Shown here one piece after another: positions 40,932 to 50,847 of a stretch of DNA of 64,000 nucleotides (positions are counted from its first letter, which is position 1; each line of letters begins with the position of its first letter). Below the pieces are notes generated by a model. The model did no database searches. It worked only from the letters and a program-made list of their open reading frames with translations, and was not told the DNA's origin. Made by a program: the position numbers and the translations under genes. This DNA comes from Sedimentisphaerales bacterium (GTDB lineage Bacteria > Planctomycetota > Phycisphaerae > Sedimentisphaerales > SM23-30): assembly GCA_963666285.1 (NCBI GenBank), contig OY762711.1; one strand, given 5' to 3'.

Positions 40932-43073
40932 TTATCGCTCGATCTTTGGCTCGGAAAATAGAGTCTCTGCGTTTTTAACACCAAAACCAATATAATCAAC
41001 CGTTGTCATCGACTCAGAGAAGGCGATATCCAGTTTTACACCATTAATTGTCAATAATACTGTCCGAGCATCCATATCCAGCTCCATCTTACAGTGAAGC
41101 TCTTCACCCGGTTCAAACTTTTTCTTCAAACCACCACTCCAATCACCCTTACTCTCAAGCAGTGTTATCTGATCGGAACCTATCCAGGCACCAGCCAAAA
41201 CTAAAGAATTCAAATCTTCTTCCGCACTTAATACAAAAAAACCATTACGCGTCAAAGAAGCATCAGCAGGTTTCATCTTCCAGGTTATTGTCGCTTTGCC
41301 GGAATCGAGACTATCAACCAATCTTTTCAGCACCACTTTTTGCCCGCTCGAAGACCCTACTTTATAACCATATCGAACCTTCTGCAAATCAGCCGTTCCG
41401 CGATATCCTTCTACTTCCTTTACTTTATTCTCATTCTTATTATCCCGACCGGTCTTCGGCATGAAATCTTCTCCTGCTGCAGGAAGATTACTTCCCTCTA
41501 GTTTCAGCACCATACCAGGCACCGAAATATCTCCTTCATCTCCCGCCATTGTGCCAATCCTGTCTATCAAATCTCCCGGAATCGATATGGTATTGGTTTT
41601 GATAGTTATTTCATTTTTTATCTCGATTGCTTTATCCGCCAACAGATCCTGCCCCCATACTCTTTCAACCCCGTCAAGATCACCCGCAAACTCGAGTACA
41701 AGCTCTTTATAATGACCGGCAACACCTATTAGCTGATTTGCATCTTTTACCTTTACCATTACCTTCGCTCGAGGATGGAACCATTTATCATCAGGCTTTA
41801 CCCGACCTTCTGTCGCGATACCCAGCTGACCGTTCGGATAAGTTGTCACACAAACATACGGCGGCTCACCGTCGCTCTCAACTTTCGGCAGCGGCATATT
41901 CCTTGCCATTATCGCAGGCGCGCTCTGACTCACCATCTTGCCATAAGTTGCACTCGCCCACGTATCCCAAGGCGTAAATTCACATCTATCGATCAACTCA
42001 TTCTCCGACGACAGGTAACTGCCGTACCCAGCCGAAAACGCTGGCGATATCCTCGACCAGCGGCCAAAACGTTCCACTTCGTTTATACGACCCTGCATGT
42101 GACGCTTACCAGACAGCTGATGGTGCAGATCCTTACCTTTATAGGTTCGTTCCATATAGTTCGGATGTCGCTTACTCGCAACCAGCACCCCCAACCCGAT
42201 CCCCGTAACACAATCATCCTGCACGTTTAATATCGAACGATACTTCGGATCTCCGGCAGTCTGTTTTAGAATATCGTGAGTGCGGCGAAGCGTTGTCACC
42301 GACATCAAAAGGGGCGATGCATCATAAGTACGAAAGGTATCGCTGTATTGCAGACATTTCAACATCTGATGCTGCTTGCTGCCGCCAATATCATAAACAG
42401 ATGGATAAGAGTCCAGATCCTGGTTCCATTTCGGATTAATATTACCGCCCGCCCCTGTTATATATTCCAAAACCAACTCCGGATAAAGCTTCTGCTTGGC
42501 CTTGTACGAATTAAACTCACTTGTATCGCCTCCGTCTATTTTCCAGTATCGAATACCGGCATACTTCGACCACTCGACAAAAGTCTCTGCCTGCTCTAAA
42601 GTTATATTGCCGCGGGTCCAGATACCAAGCGAGTTCCAGCCCAACGCCTTAACCTCTTCATTAAAAAACTTCAGACGTTCTTTTGGCTCAAGGTTCGAAT
42701 ACTCAGGAAAATCTCTAACGTCTGCCACCAGGTTAAAAAACGACGGACCGCCCGCTATACGTTCTGATTCAACTTTGGTCTGCCAGCCATGATCGATTAA
42801 AAAAATATAATCGCTGCGGCCATGCGGCAAATACGTCGCCGCCCAGCCGTCTTGCTTGTTAAACAATGCATGATAAGTCAATTCTTCTCGTGCGTTGCTA
42901 TTAGTAACACTCTTCAAATCAGCAAGGTCTGTCCCCCGACCAATCCAATAATTCTGCGCATACCAGGTACACCAGTAATTAGGAGATGTAGCCGGTTCTT
43001 GCGGCACAAGGTTAACCGCAAAAAGATTACTCGTAACCAAAATCAACAATAATGATAATAACACTTTCTTCAC
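40932..43073 (-). CDS. Secreted putative glycoside hydrolase (clan GH-D-like TIM barrel); start corrected to GTG 43073
   Basis: Signal peptide VKKVLLSLLL; WCTWY, IDHGW and YWKIDG motifs resemble the GH27/36 DDGW and KxD motifs. Confidence 0.55.
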   Translation of the reverse strand: MKKVLLSLLLILVTSNLFAVNLVPQEPATSPNYWCTWYAQNYWIGRGTDLADLKSVTNSNAREELTYHALFNKQDGWAATYLPHGRSDYIFLIDHGWQTKVESERIAGGPSFFNLVADVRDFPEYSNLEPKERLKFFNEEVKALGWNSLGIWTRGNITLEQAETFVEWSKYAGIRYWKIDGGDTSEFNSYKAKQKLYPELVLEYITGAGGNINPKWNQDLDSYPSVYDIGGSKQHQMLKCLQYSDTFRTYDASPLLMSVTTLRRTHDILKQTAGDPKYRSILNVQDDCVTGIGLGVLVASKRHPNYMERTYKGKDLHHQLSGKRHMQGRINEVERFGRWSRISPAFSAGYGSYLSSENELIDRCEFTPWDTWASATYGKMVSQSAPAIMARNMPLPKVESDGEPPYVCVTTYPNGQLGIATEGRVKPDDKWFHPRAKVMVKVKDANQLIGVAGHYKELVLEFAGDLDGVERVWGQDLLADKAIEIKNEITIKTNTISIPGDLIDRIGTMAGDEGDISVPGMVLKLEGSNLPAAGEDFMPKTGRDNKNENKVKEVEGYRGTADLQKVRYGYKVGSSSGQKVVLKRLVDSLDSGKATITWKMKPADASLTRNGFFVLSAEEDLNSLVLAGAWIGSDQITLLESKGDWSGGLKKKFEPGEELHCKMELDMDARTVLLTINGVKLDIAFSESMTTVDYIGFGVKNAETLFSEPKIER

Positions 43074-43189
43074 TAAATCATTGCCTTTCAAAAATATAAC
43101 CGGCCTGTAATATAAAAGTACTTTAAAGGATACGCACCGTCTGCCATTATCATAACAACAAACCATTTTGTCAACTGTAGATCCGTCAG

Positions 43190-44075
43190 TTCGATATCCG
43201 TGGCCATCGGTCCCGATAAACATCGGGATTAGTGGTTCTGAAAAATTAATAAAACACGAGCTGAATGAAATCCACCTGAGGCGGAGCGAGTCACCTTATA
43301 TATTATTGGTTATCGGTGGTTCTCTTTTAAGCGTTAGCCGTTTAAAACAAGCCGTCCGCGAATGCGGATTATTCCTGATGTCAACGTACATCAGGACACC
43401 TCAACTTTTCATTTTTCACTATTCATTTTTCATTTAATCGCGTCCTCTGCGAGAGACAAATCCTATCAAAACCACTCTGCTTAATATCTTCCAATCTCCA
43501 ACCAAACCAGCATCGTTAAGGACATAGTAGGTCAGGCATCCCTGCCTGACAATAAACCAGCCGTCGCGCAGCGACTCATAATTCCTGGGAACGCCGAGCT
43601 GAATGATATCCGCCTCAGGCGGAGCTCGGCATATTCGGCGCCAGCCGATTTAAACTTGGTCACGCGACTGTCCTGAGCGAGCGCTGTAAGTCGAACAACA
43701 GCAACACCATATTTCCTTCTCAAAATATCTTACATATGACAGTAGGGTGGGTAGATTTTATCAAACTTGTTTGATAAACTACCCACGCTGATTAATTAGC
43801 CTCGGCATAGCCGTTTCATTCCCTGATCCCTGGCACCTGAAACCTAACCCCTATATTTATAAAACACGAGCGGTAGCGAGTCACATTATATATTATTGGT
43901 GTGAATTCGTGTCCATTCGTAGTTTAGCTCTTAACCCGCCGCAGGCGGATTCGCGGTTCAATCTTTACTCCCGCGCCAGCTTTAAAACAAGTCGTCCGCG
44001 AATGCGGACACATCCTTTACTCTTTTTATTTTACCCTTTACACTTTGATGCCGCTCCGCGGCATCTGGTCCGCCC
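43190..44075. repeat. Mosaic cluster of REP-like hairpins and heptamer tracts
   Basis: GTAG-hairpins at 43527 and 43742; TCC(A/G)CCT.AGGCGGA twice; family B modules at 43331 and 43973. Confidence 0.75.
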
Positions 44076-44350
44076 AACCCCAAAATCACCCGATTTTACC
44101 AAATTTCAGACCAATCCGTTCACCGCCGCTGGCCGCCGTCGCCCGCCGCGCTGCCTCTTTTCACCGCCGTTCCTCTCCCCACCCCCATTTACAGGCCCTT
44201 GTTTTTTAAACCGAATTTCACATCCCCGCACCCCTCCACCACATCCATCCCCCCAGACCACTAATCTCCGATCGCTGGTTGATTAATTGCCAAAGAACTG
44301 TTATCATTCTCTACTGTTAAATTACCGGTTAAAAACGATTTATAAATTAC

Positions 44351-46651
44351 ATGACAAACCAGGCAAATACAACCGAACAGCCCAACACATACACAAGCGA
44401 CGGCATAACTTGGCATTACAACTCCAACACAGCCGGCGAAATCATACTCTCGCTCTCAAAAGCAATTAATATTACCGACAGTACCTCGATTGCCGCTGCC
44501 CAGACAACCGGCAATACCACCGACCTGACCCTCATAAAACAAAACCCGCGACGCGCTGTATACAGCCTTACAAACAGCGGTAAATCCTTATATATCAAAC
44601 TTTTCAAGTCAGCTAACCTCTCCGAAAAGGCCAAAATCGCAGCCCGCGGCAACCCCGCCGAACAGGAAGCACAATGGCTCAATATATGCCGCTGCAACCA
44701 GCTGCCCGTACCATCTGTCATCGGCCACACCTCCGGCAAGGCAAACATGCTGATAACCGAATCGCTAGGCTCTGTCGCCGCACTCGACGAAATTATTCGT
44801 GAATATTCTGACTTCAACCCGCCAACCCTATACCGCGACCAACTGCCGGACCGGCTTCAGCACGCCCTGGCCCAAACTGGCAGCCTCGTCGGCAATATGC
44901 ACAAGGCCGGGCTTATACTGCCAGACCTGCACGGCGGCAATATTATGCTAGACCACAACTGCCAACATGCGTTCCTGCTCGACCTTCAGCTAATGAAAAG
45001 AACCATGTCGGCCAACCAGCAAACCATTCAGAAACAACCACTTATAGAAAATACCGCACGGCTCGCTTCTGAAATATCTATCTGCTGCGGCCGCGCCGCA
45101 CTGGAAATTTTCATCACCGGCTACCTCGCCGCGTTAAATAATATCAACTCACCAAACGACTTCTTACCGATAATCGAGCGAGCTATCGACGCCTGGCGAC
45201 TAAAGTTCTACACAAAAAGAGATAAACGATGCTGCCGAAAAAATGAATTCTTCGCCGAGCTTGAGCTCGGCAATAATTTCAAGGCACATGTCTTCCTCAA
45301 AAATAATCGGCCTATGCTGTTCTCTGCTATCAGCCAACTGAAATTCACCGCCGAACAATGGCACTCGGCACTCGAACCGATCAAAAACAGCAGGCGGCTG
45401 TTCTCCAGCAAAGAACTCACACTAAAGCTTGGCAATAATGAAATTACAGTCGATGTCGAAGGCGGCCCGCCCAAAGTCATATTGAACAAATGGCAATATG
45501 GTCATTCGCTCATAAACCGCCATATCGCTACGCCATGGCCGCTCGCTATCGTACATAACAACTCGCAGGCAGTTCTGCTGACCGAAAAAATCACTGACAA
45601 CACCTGCATGAACTATCAAAATATACTCATTGTCAAGCCAAGCGCACTCGGCGATGTCGCCAGGATGATACCGGTACTATTAGCACTGCGTGACAGATAT
45701 CCCAAGGCAAAAATCAGCTGGATCATCCGACCGGAATTCGCAGAGCTAATCAGGCACAACCCCGCATTAGACGAAGTCATTTTATTCGACAAAAAACACC
45801 TGTTAAAGTCCGGTCTAAAAAGCATTTCCAATATTTTCGCTTTCGCCGGAGCTCTCAAACAGCGAAAATTCGACCTGGTACTCGACGCACAGGGCCTGCT
45901 CCGGTCAGGGCTTATGGCCTGGTTTACCCATGCTTCAACACGCATCGGCTACCGACGGGCTCGCGAACTGGCATGGCTCTTCTATAACAAAAAAGTCGAT
46001 ACCCCGCAAATTCAGCATTCAAATCTCGACTGCTGGCAGATCGGACTAGCCGCAGGCATCAGCGAAAACGAACCGGTTTTCGGGGTGCCTGTCAACCCGC
46101 AGGCTTATAGCTCTGCCAAATCGATACTTAACAGTAACGGCATAAACGATAACCAACAGTTCGCTGTACTGCTCTCCGGCGGCACTGCCGAAGCTAAAAT
46201 ATGGCCCGCTGTCAATTTTGCCCAGCTCGCTGATTGTATCTACCGGAAATACAAAATCAAATCTGTTCTGCTTGGCGCCGGCAGCCGCGAAACCGCTATC
46301 GGACACACAATTTCCGACAAAATAACAGACAAACAAGCTGTTATAAACCTGATCGGTCAAACCAGCCTCGATGAAATGGTCGCAATTATCTGCAATTCAA
46401 ACATAATAATTGGCAACGATTCTGGACCACTACATATTGCGGCTGCTATACCTAAGCCAGTAGTTGGCATATACGGCCCAACTAACCCAAAAATGGTAGG
46501 CCCATACGGACAGGGCGATAAAATCGCCGAAGCTGGTAACGAAATTCCGCGAATAGGCCGATATAGTAAGAACCCGGCACATAAAATTGATAATATTTCC
46601 GTCAGTTGCGTAATGGAAAAAGTTGAATCCCTGCTCATAAATCACCCGTAA
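44351..46651 (+). CDS. Fusion of a Kdo/WaaP-like LPS kinase domain and a GT9 heptosyltransferase
   Basis: N-terminal YIK, DLHGGN, LLDL; C-terminal ILIVKPSALGDV, DAQGLLRS, GNDSGPLHIAAA, YGPT. Confidence 0.8.
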   Translation: MTNQANTTEQPNTYTSDGITWHYNSNTAGEIILSLSKAINITDSTSIAAAQTTGNTTDLTLIKQNPRRAVYSLTNSGKSLYIKLFKSANLSEKAKIAARGNPAEQEAQWLNICRCNQLPVPSVIGHTSGKANMLITESLGSVAALDEIIREYSDFNPPTLYRDQLPDRLQHALAQTGSLVGNMHKAGLILPDLHGGNIMLDHNCQHAFLLDLQLMKRTMSANQQTIQKQPLIENTARLASEISICCGRAALEIFITGYLAALNNINSPNDFLPIIERAIDAWRLKFYTKRDKRCCRKNEFFAELELGNNFKAHVFLKNNRPMLFSAISQLKFTAEQWHSALEPIKNSRRLFSSKELTLKLGNNEITVDVEGGPPKVILNKWQYGHSLINRHIATPWPLAIVHNNSQAVLLTEKITDNTCMNYQNILIVKPSALGDVARMIPVLLALRDRYPKAKISWIIRPEFAELIRHNPALDEVILFDKKHLLKSGLKSISNIFAFAGALKQRKFDLVLDAQGLLRSGLMAWFTHASTRIGYRRARELAWLFYNKKVDTPQIQHSNLDCWQIGLAAGISENEPVFGVPVNPQAYSSAKSILNSNGINDNQQFAVLLSGGTAEAKIWPAVNFAQLADCIYRKYKIKSVLLGAGSRETAIGHTISDKITDKQAVINLIGQTSLDEMVAIICNSNIIIGNDSGPLHIAAAIPKPVVGIYGPTNPKMVGPYGQGDKIAEAGNEIPRIGRYSKNPAHKIDNISVSCVMEKVESLLINHP

Positions 46652-46777
46652 CGTATTGATAATAACTGGGTTCCAACTTTCAAACATCTGCAACGTAATG
46701 GAAATATTCAAACTCCAACTCAGAAAACATTAGTTACATAATGGAAAAAGTTGAATTCCAGCTTAGAAAGTAAATGA

Positions 46778-47527
46778 ATGAATAATTCCCGCCTGAAAAT
46801 TACAGTTCTATTACTATTAGGTTTATCTCTTTTTTTTACAACTGGTTGTGTATCAAATTCTGATGCATGGTTACCAGCACCACAGGCACATCTTACTTCA
46901 GGGCAGGGTTTCAATAACGACTATTCATATCAACATGATTATCAGCCTACTTGGCCTGCTCCCGGATATGGTGCATCGAGAAATATAGCTGGAAATGTTA
47001 TAATTGTCGACCCTGGACACGGCGGCAAAGACCCTGGAGCTATCGGCAACGGGGTGCGTGAGAAAGACATCAATCTTGATATTGCACGCAAACTCGGCAA
47101 TATCCTGCAAGGTGCCGGTGGGCGAGTTATAATGACAAGAACTACTGACGTTTATCCTACTCTTGATGAAAGAGCTGCCTCAGCCGACCGGTACAATGCT
47201 GACCTGCTGGTTTCAATCCATGCGGATTCTATTAGCAAATCAGGCATATCTGGAGCTACCATTTTAACAGGAGCTTCGGCTTCCAGCCAAAGCAAACGCG
47301 CTGCATGGATGATAGAGGCAGAACTGAAAAAGGCCGGTATAACATGCCGAGGACATCGTTCGCAAAAACTTCGCGTATGTGATGGACATTCCAGACCTGC
47401 CGTACTCGTCGAAACCGGTTTTTTGACTAACCACCAGGAAGCGGCCAATCTTAACACAGACTGGTATCAGGATAAAATTGCTAACGCTATTGCAAAAGGT
47501 GTAATAAGATATCTCAACAATAAATAG
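46778..47527 (+). CDS. N-acetylmuramoyl-L-alanine amidase (Amidase_3) lipoprotein
   Basis: Lipobox TTGC; DPGHGGKDPGA, EKD, SIHAD, LVETGF. Confidence 0.9.
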   Translation: MNNSRLKITVLLLLGLSLFFTTGCVSNSDAWLPAPQAHLTSGQGFNNDYSYQHDYQPTWPAPGYGASRNIAGNVIIVDPGHGGKDPGAIGNGVREKDINLDIARKLGNILQGAGGRVIMTRTTDVYPTLDERAASADRYNADLLVSIHADSISKSGISGATILTGASASSQSKRAAWMIEAELKKAGITCRGHRSQKLRVCDGHSRPAVLVETGFLTNHQEAANLNTDWYQDKIANAIAKGVIRYLNNK

Positions 47528-47540
47528 CTCTTTGACACCA

Positions 47541-48734
47541 TTAGCCCTTTTCAAAAAAGGACTTATCTAACTCAAATATCTCACACTTGTCTGTTACCCT
47601 GTCCTCGGTGCTATGGCCGCCTATTATGAGAACCCTAAGTTTACCATCTTTCTCCGGTAACGACTCCACCTTAAAATCGTCATGCGGATAATTCATTGGC
47701 CCCACATCAAGAAATTCACCTGATCTGGCATCGTACAGCCAGGCTGAGTCAAGTGGCACATCCTTGCCTTTAGCCGGGTCATCTTCACCACCGCAAAGGA
47801 AAAACATTTCTCCTGGCCGACCAATATCACTGAACAAGTCAACTATCTGCAGATCTGAAATTCCAAACCTGATATCTCCGTCTGCTGTTGGTGTAAGAGT
47901 TCTACCTTCTGTTAATGTATCTGCCTTTGGATCAAATATCCAGGTTTGGCACGAACAGGTATTACCATATATATTTTGCCCGCCAACAATAAGTATACGG
48001 TCATCATTCAAAACTACAGCTGCCTGATCGTCAAAATAAGCCTTGAAACGAGATTTACATAAAGTAAAAGATTCAGTGTCAGGGTCAAATATTTCGATTG
48101 ATTTACGTCTGCCGGATATAAAACATATTCTGCCATCAGAAAGTACAGCTGTGCAATGCTCGGTCCTGGGATATTGCATTTTATTCTGTACTGCTCGCAC
48201 TGTACAACTTCCAGTATCACTAATCTCAATTATTTCAGGCTGACCAAAGTTTCCGGTAACTAGAACCTTATTGTCACCAATCAAATTTAAAACCGTATTA
48301 CGACGAGGATTACTCAAATTACCAATTACTTTACAGGTCACAGTCTCCAGAGGAGACTTTTCTAAAGACGGCAAATACATTTCAACTGAACCGACGGGCT
48401 TATTATCCTGACTTAGACCACCTGCGATTAAAATTCGATCACCGGGGAGAACAAGAGTCGCAGCATACATTCGAGGCGTATTAATTCGTACCCGTGAACA
48501 TGACCAGGTATCAGATGACGGATCGTATATCCTTATTAAATTTGAAGCAACAGGAAATACATCTAAAAAATAGCTGTAGCCACCCAAAACAAATATTTTT
48601 CCATCAGAAAGCACTGCCGAGCAATGCCCCGCACAGGGCTGAGGTATACTATCTGTATTAATGAAATTATATGGCTTGCCTACAAGAGTGCATGCACACA
48701 ATAATATCAGATTTAATATAAAATATTTTTTCAT
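47541..48734 (-). CDS. Secreted Kelch-repeat protein
   Basis: Repeated L.DG.I...GG.....YDP..W units; signal peptide. Confidence 0.8.
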   Translation of the reverse strand: MKKYFILNLILLCACTLVGKPYNFINTDSIPQPCAGHCSAVLSDGKIFVLGGYSYFLDVFPVASNLIRIYDPSSDTWSCSRVRINTPRMYAATLVLPGDRILIAGGLSQDNKPVGSVEMYLPSLEKSPLETVTCKVIGNLSNPRRNTVLNLIGDNKVLVTGNFGQPEIIEISDTGSCTVRAVQNKMQYPRTEHCTAVLSDGRICFISGRRKSIEIFDPDTESFTLCKSRFKAYFDDQAAVVLNDDRILIVGGQNIYGNTCSCQTWIFDPKADTLTEGRTLTPTADGDIRFGISDLQIVDLFSDIGRPGEMFFLCGGEDDPAKGKDVPLDSAWLYDARSGEFLDVGPMNYPHDDFKVESLPEKDGKLRVLIIGGHSTEDRVTDKCEIFELDKSFFEKG

Positions 48735-48802
48735 TTAGCTATTATACAAGAGAAATTGATTGTGCCGGGAAGAAAAAATAAAGAAATGGTATTTTACGCA
48801 GA

Positions 48803-49702
48803 TTATAATTTCGAACCGTAATATTTTTCAACTTTGAGAGAGGTTTGATTGTGCACTCTGGCAGCAATTTCATCTATCTGCTGATCTGTCAGAGATCCTA
48901 CAAACGATTCTGCCGGCTGCCGCGCTACTGTATGAATTTGAACGGAAATAATTTTTCCACCCTGAGAAGTAATATTATTCAAACACTTTATGTAAGAATC
49001 GATTTCAGCAGCAGCAGGAGGTTGGCCCATTATTGACATAAATAAAGATTGTATCTTAATCGGCCTTTTCTGGGCTGTCCGAAGGATATTATCAAGCACC
49101 TTTTCAAACTCAACTTGAGAACGATTTACACTCTGATAATATTGCTCGGTTCCGGCATCAAGCTTAGCCCATATTTCGCCATTATTTGTATCAAGTACCG
49201 CAAGCCCTTCCTGAACTTTTGGTTTATGAAGCAAAGTTGAGTTGGTAATCAATACGATTTTGACATCTTCCCGGGCATATTGACGACGGATATCAGCTAT
49301 CTTCAGACATACCTGGTCAAAAATCGGTGAAGAAGTAGGCTCGCCATCACCACTAAAAGAAATATCTCTAAGTTCTCTAAGCTCGGACGGGACAGAATCG
49401 AAAGGAGGTTTATCGAAAAGATCACCACTGTAAACTTTTTCTATTATACTAATTAACTCAGTTGCGATAAGTTCGATAGTATCATTATCAATTGGAATTC
49501 TAATATCCTGATCTTCCGCTTTTCGTCTAACCTGGCAGTATACACAATCAAAATTACACACTTTATCGGGATTAAGATTAATTCCAATGCTTATCCCACC
49601 GCTTCGTCTGGACAGAACAGGATATACAAACTTACTGCCAGAAAAAGTCCTGGGATGATCTTTATGAGCGGAATTTAAATTGTCTGAATTCTGTAATGAC
49701 AA
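48803..49702 (-). CDS. Radical SAM protein
   Basis: VLSRRSGG, CNFDCVYC, SGDGEPT, KLDAG. Confidence 0.88.
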   Translation of the reverse strand: MSLQNSDNLNSAHKDHPRTFSGSKFVYPVLSRRSGGISIGINLNPDKVCNFDCVYCQVRRKAEDQDIRIPIDNDTIELIATELISIIEKVYSGDLFDKPPFDSVPSELRELRDISFSGDGEPTSSPIFDQVCLKIADIRRQYAREDVKIVLITNSTLLHKPKVQEGLAVLDTNNGEIWAKLDAGTEQYYQSVNRSQVEFEKVLDNILRTAQKRPIKIQSLFMSIMGQPPAAAEIDSYIKCLNNITSQGGKIISVQIHTVARQPAESFVGSLTDQQIDEIAARVHNQTSLKVEKYYGSKL

Positions 49703-49759
49703 TTTTTCAACCAGAAAGTTCTAGGAAATCGGCTTTCTAACAACTTATGCCTGTTATAG

Positions 49760-50092
49760 TTAGTTTCCAATCTGAAGTGACGCAAGCGCAATAGAAGTAT
49801 CTTCACTAACCTCAAACAAAGAATCCAGCCCGGTAAGAAGGAAAACACCCCATACCTGGATTGCAATACCGCAAAGACGAAGACGTTTATCCTGGGCGAT
49901 AAGCTGCTTGCGAAGCTTAAGCAGTCTGGATATATTCGATGAATTGAGAAAATTTACAGTAGCAAAATTCAAAATAACATCTTTCGCATCATTTTCAATC
50001 TTACCAGAAAGCTCGGTAAGCTGATCGGTAAGTTCCGGATCATCCTGCAAATCAACTACTATTATCTTGTCTGACCAATCTTGGGTTGTCAT
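49760..50092 (-). CDS. STAS domain protein (anti-sigma factor antagonist)
   Basis: VILNF..VNFLNSS, LRLCG, TGLDSLF. Confidence 0.88.
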   Translation of the reverse strand: MTTQDWSDKIIVVDLQDDPELTDQLTELSGKIENDAKDVILNFATVNFLNSSNISRLLKLRKQLIAQDKRLRLCGIAIQVWGVFLLTGLDSLFEVSEDTSIALASLQIGN

Positions 50093-50195
50093 TCTAAATA
50101 CCTTATATATTATATATTAAGCAACAGCGTTATTATCTTTATGTATATTAATGCCTAAATTACCAAATAAATCCAGCAATAAATTACAGCATCAT

Positions 50196-50227
50196 AAAAA
50201 AAGCTCATCACGGTTTTGCGATGAGCT
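50196..50227 (-). terminator. Intrinsic terminator downstream of the small ORF
   Basis: AGCTCATC...GATGAGCT stem followed by 7 T on the minus strand. Confidence 0.7.
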
Positions 50228-50304
50228 GTTTAATTTACTACTTGTTCAGAGACACAATCTTATATGCTAAGCTTAAATAAATCGCGTCAATACATCACAT
50301 ATCA

Positions 50305-50475
50305 TTAGTTGAATGGGATTGATGCTGCAGTTGATGCAGTAAGCTGATCTTTATCAACCTGGCGAAGATGATCTATGTATTCCTGAAGCTCATATTCATC
50401 AAACTGACTCAAAAAATCTACAGAGGCGGTTGAATTCAGGTTTCTAATCTCTTCAATCAGTTCAAACTTTGTCAT
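50305..50475 (-). CDS. Small 56-aa protein missing from the ORF track (MTKFELIEEIRNLNSTASVDFLSQFDEYELQEYIDHL...)
   Basis: AAGGGAG SD, amphipathic helical pattern, own candidate promoter and terminator. Confidence 0.75.
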   Translation of the reverse strand: MTKFELIEEIRNLNSTASVDFLSQFDEYELQEYIDHLRQVDKDQLTASTAASIPFN

Positions 50476-50557
50476 TTTGTACTCCCTTTCTCAAAGAGGG
50501 GTTAATAGATTGTTTATTCTGCTAAGATAAATAACTTACCTCGTTTCTGCAGATTTA

Positions 50558-50585
50558 ATATCGACTATGATATGATTCTACTTTA
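50558..50585 (-). promoter_or_regulatory. Sigma-28 (FliA/SigD)-type promoter candidate
   Basis: TAAA-N16-GTCGATAT on the minus strand, ~80 bp upstream of the small ORF. Confidence 0.5.
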
Positions 50586-50847
50586 ACCCTTTTATATAAA
50601 AGATTTATAAAAATTAGGTCCCATAATAAAACCATTATCAGTATTAATAAAAATGAGATTATTGGACAAGAATATTGGTAGGCCCTCGATGGCTGACAAC
50701 CACTGTTAAATCTGTTAGAAACACCCAAAATACATGTTACCCTTAAATGGCAGTACCACTATATCAGTAAATAAAGACTTATATCAAAAAACAGATTTAT
50801 TCTTTATCTAATTTGACATCATTCTATTTAAATATTACTTTGAAATA

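Noticed and set aside
43074..43223. N-terminal extension of the 763-aa ORF
   Set aside because: Begins in repeat DNA; the signal peptide starts at GTG 43073
43168..44286. Short ORFs at 43168-43437, 43532-43723 and 43909-44286
   Set aside because: Composed of REP modules and C-rich low-complexity sequence
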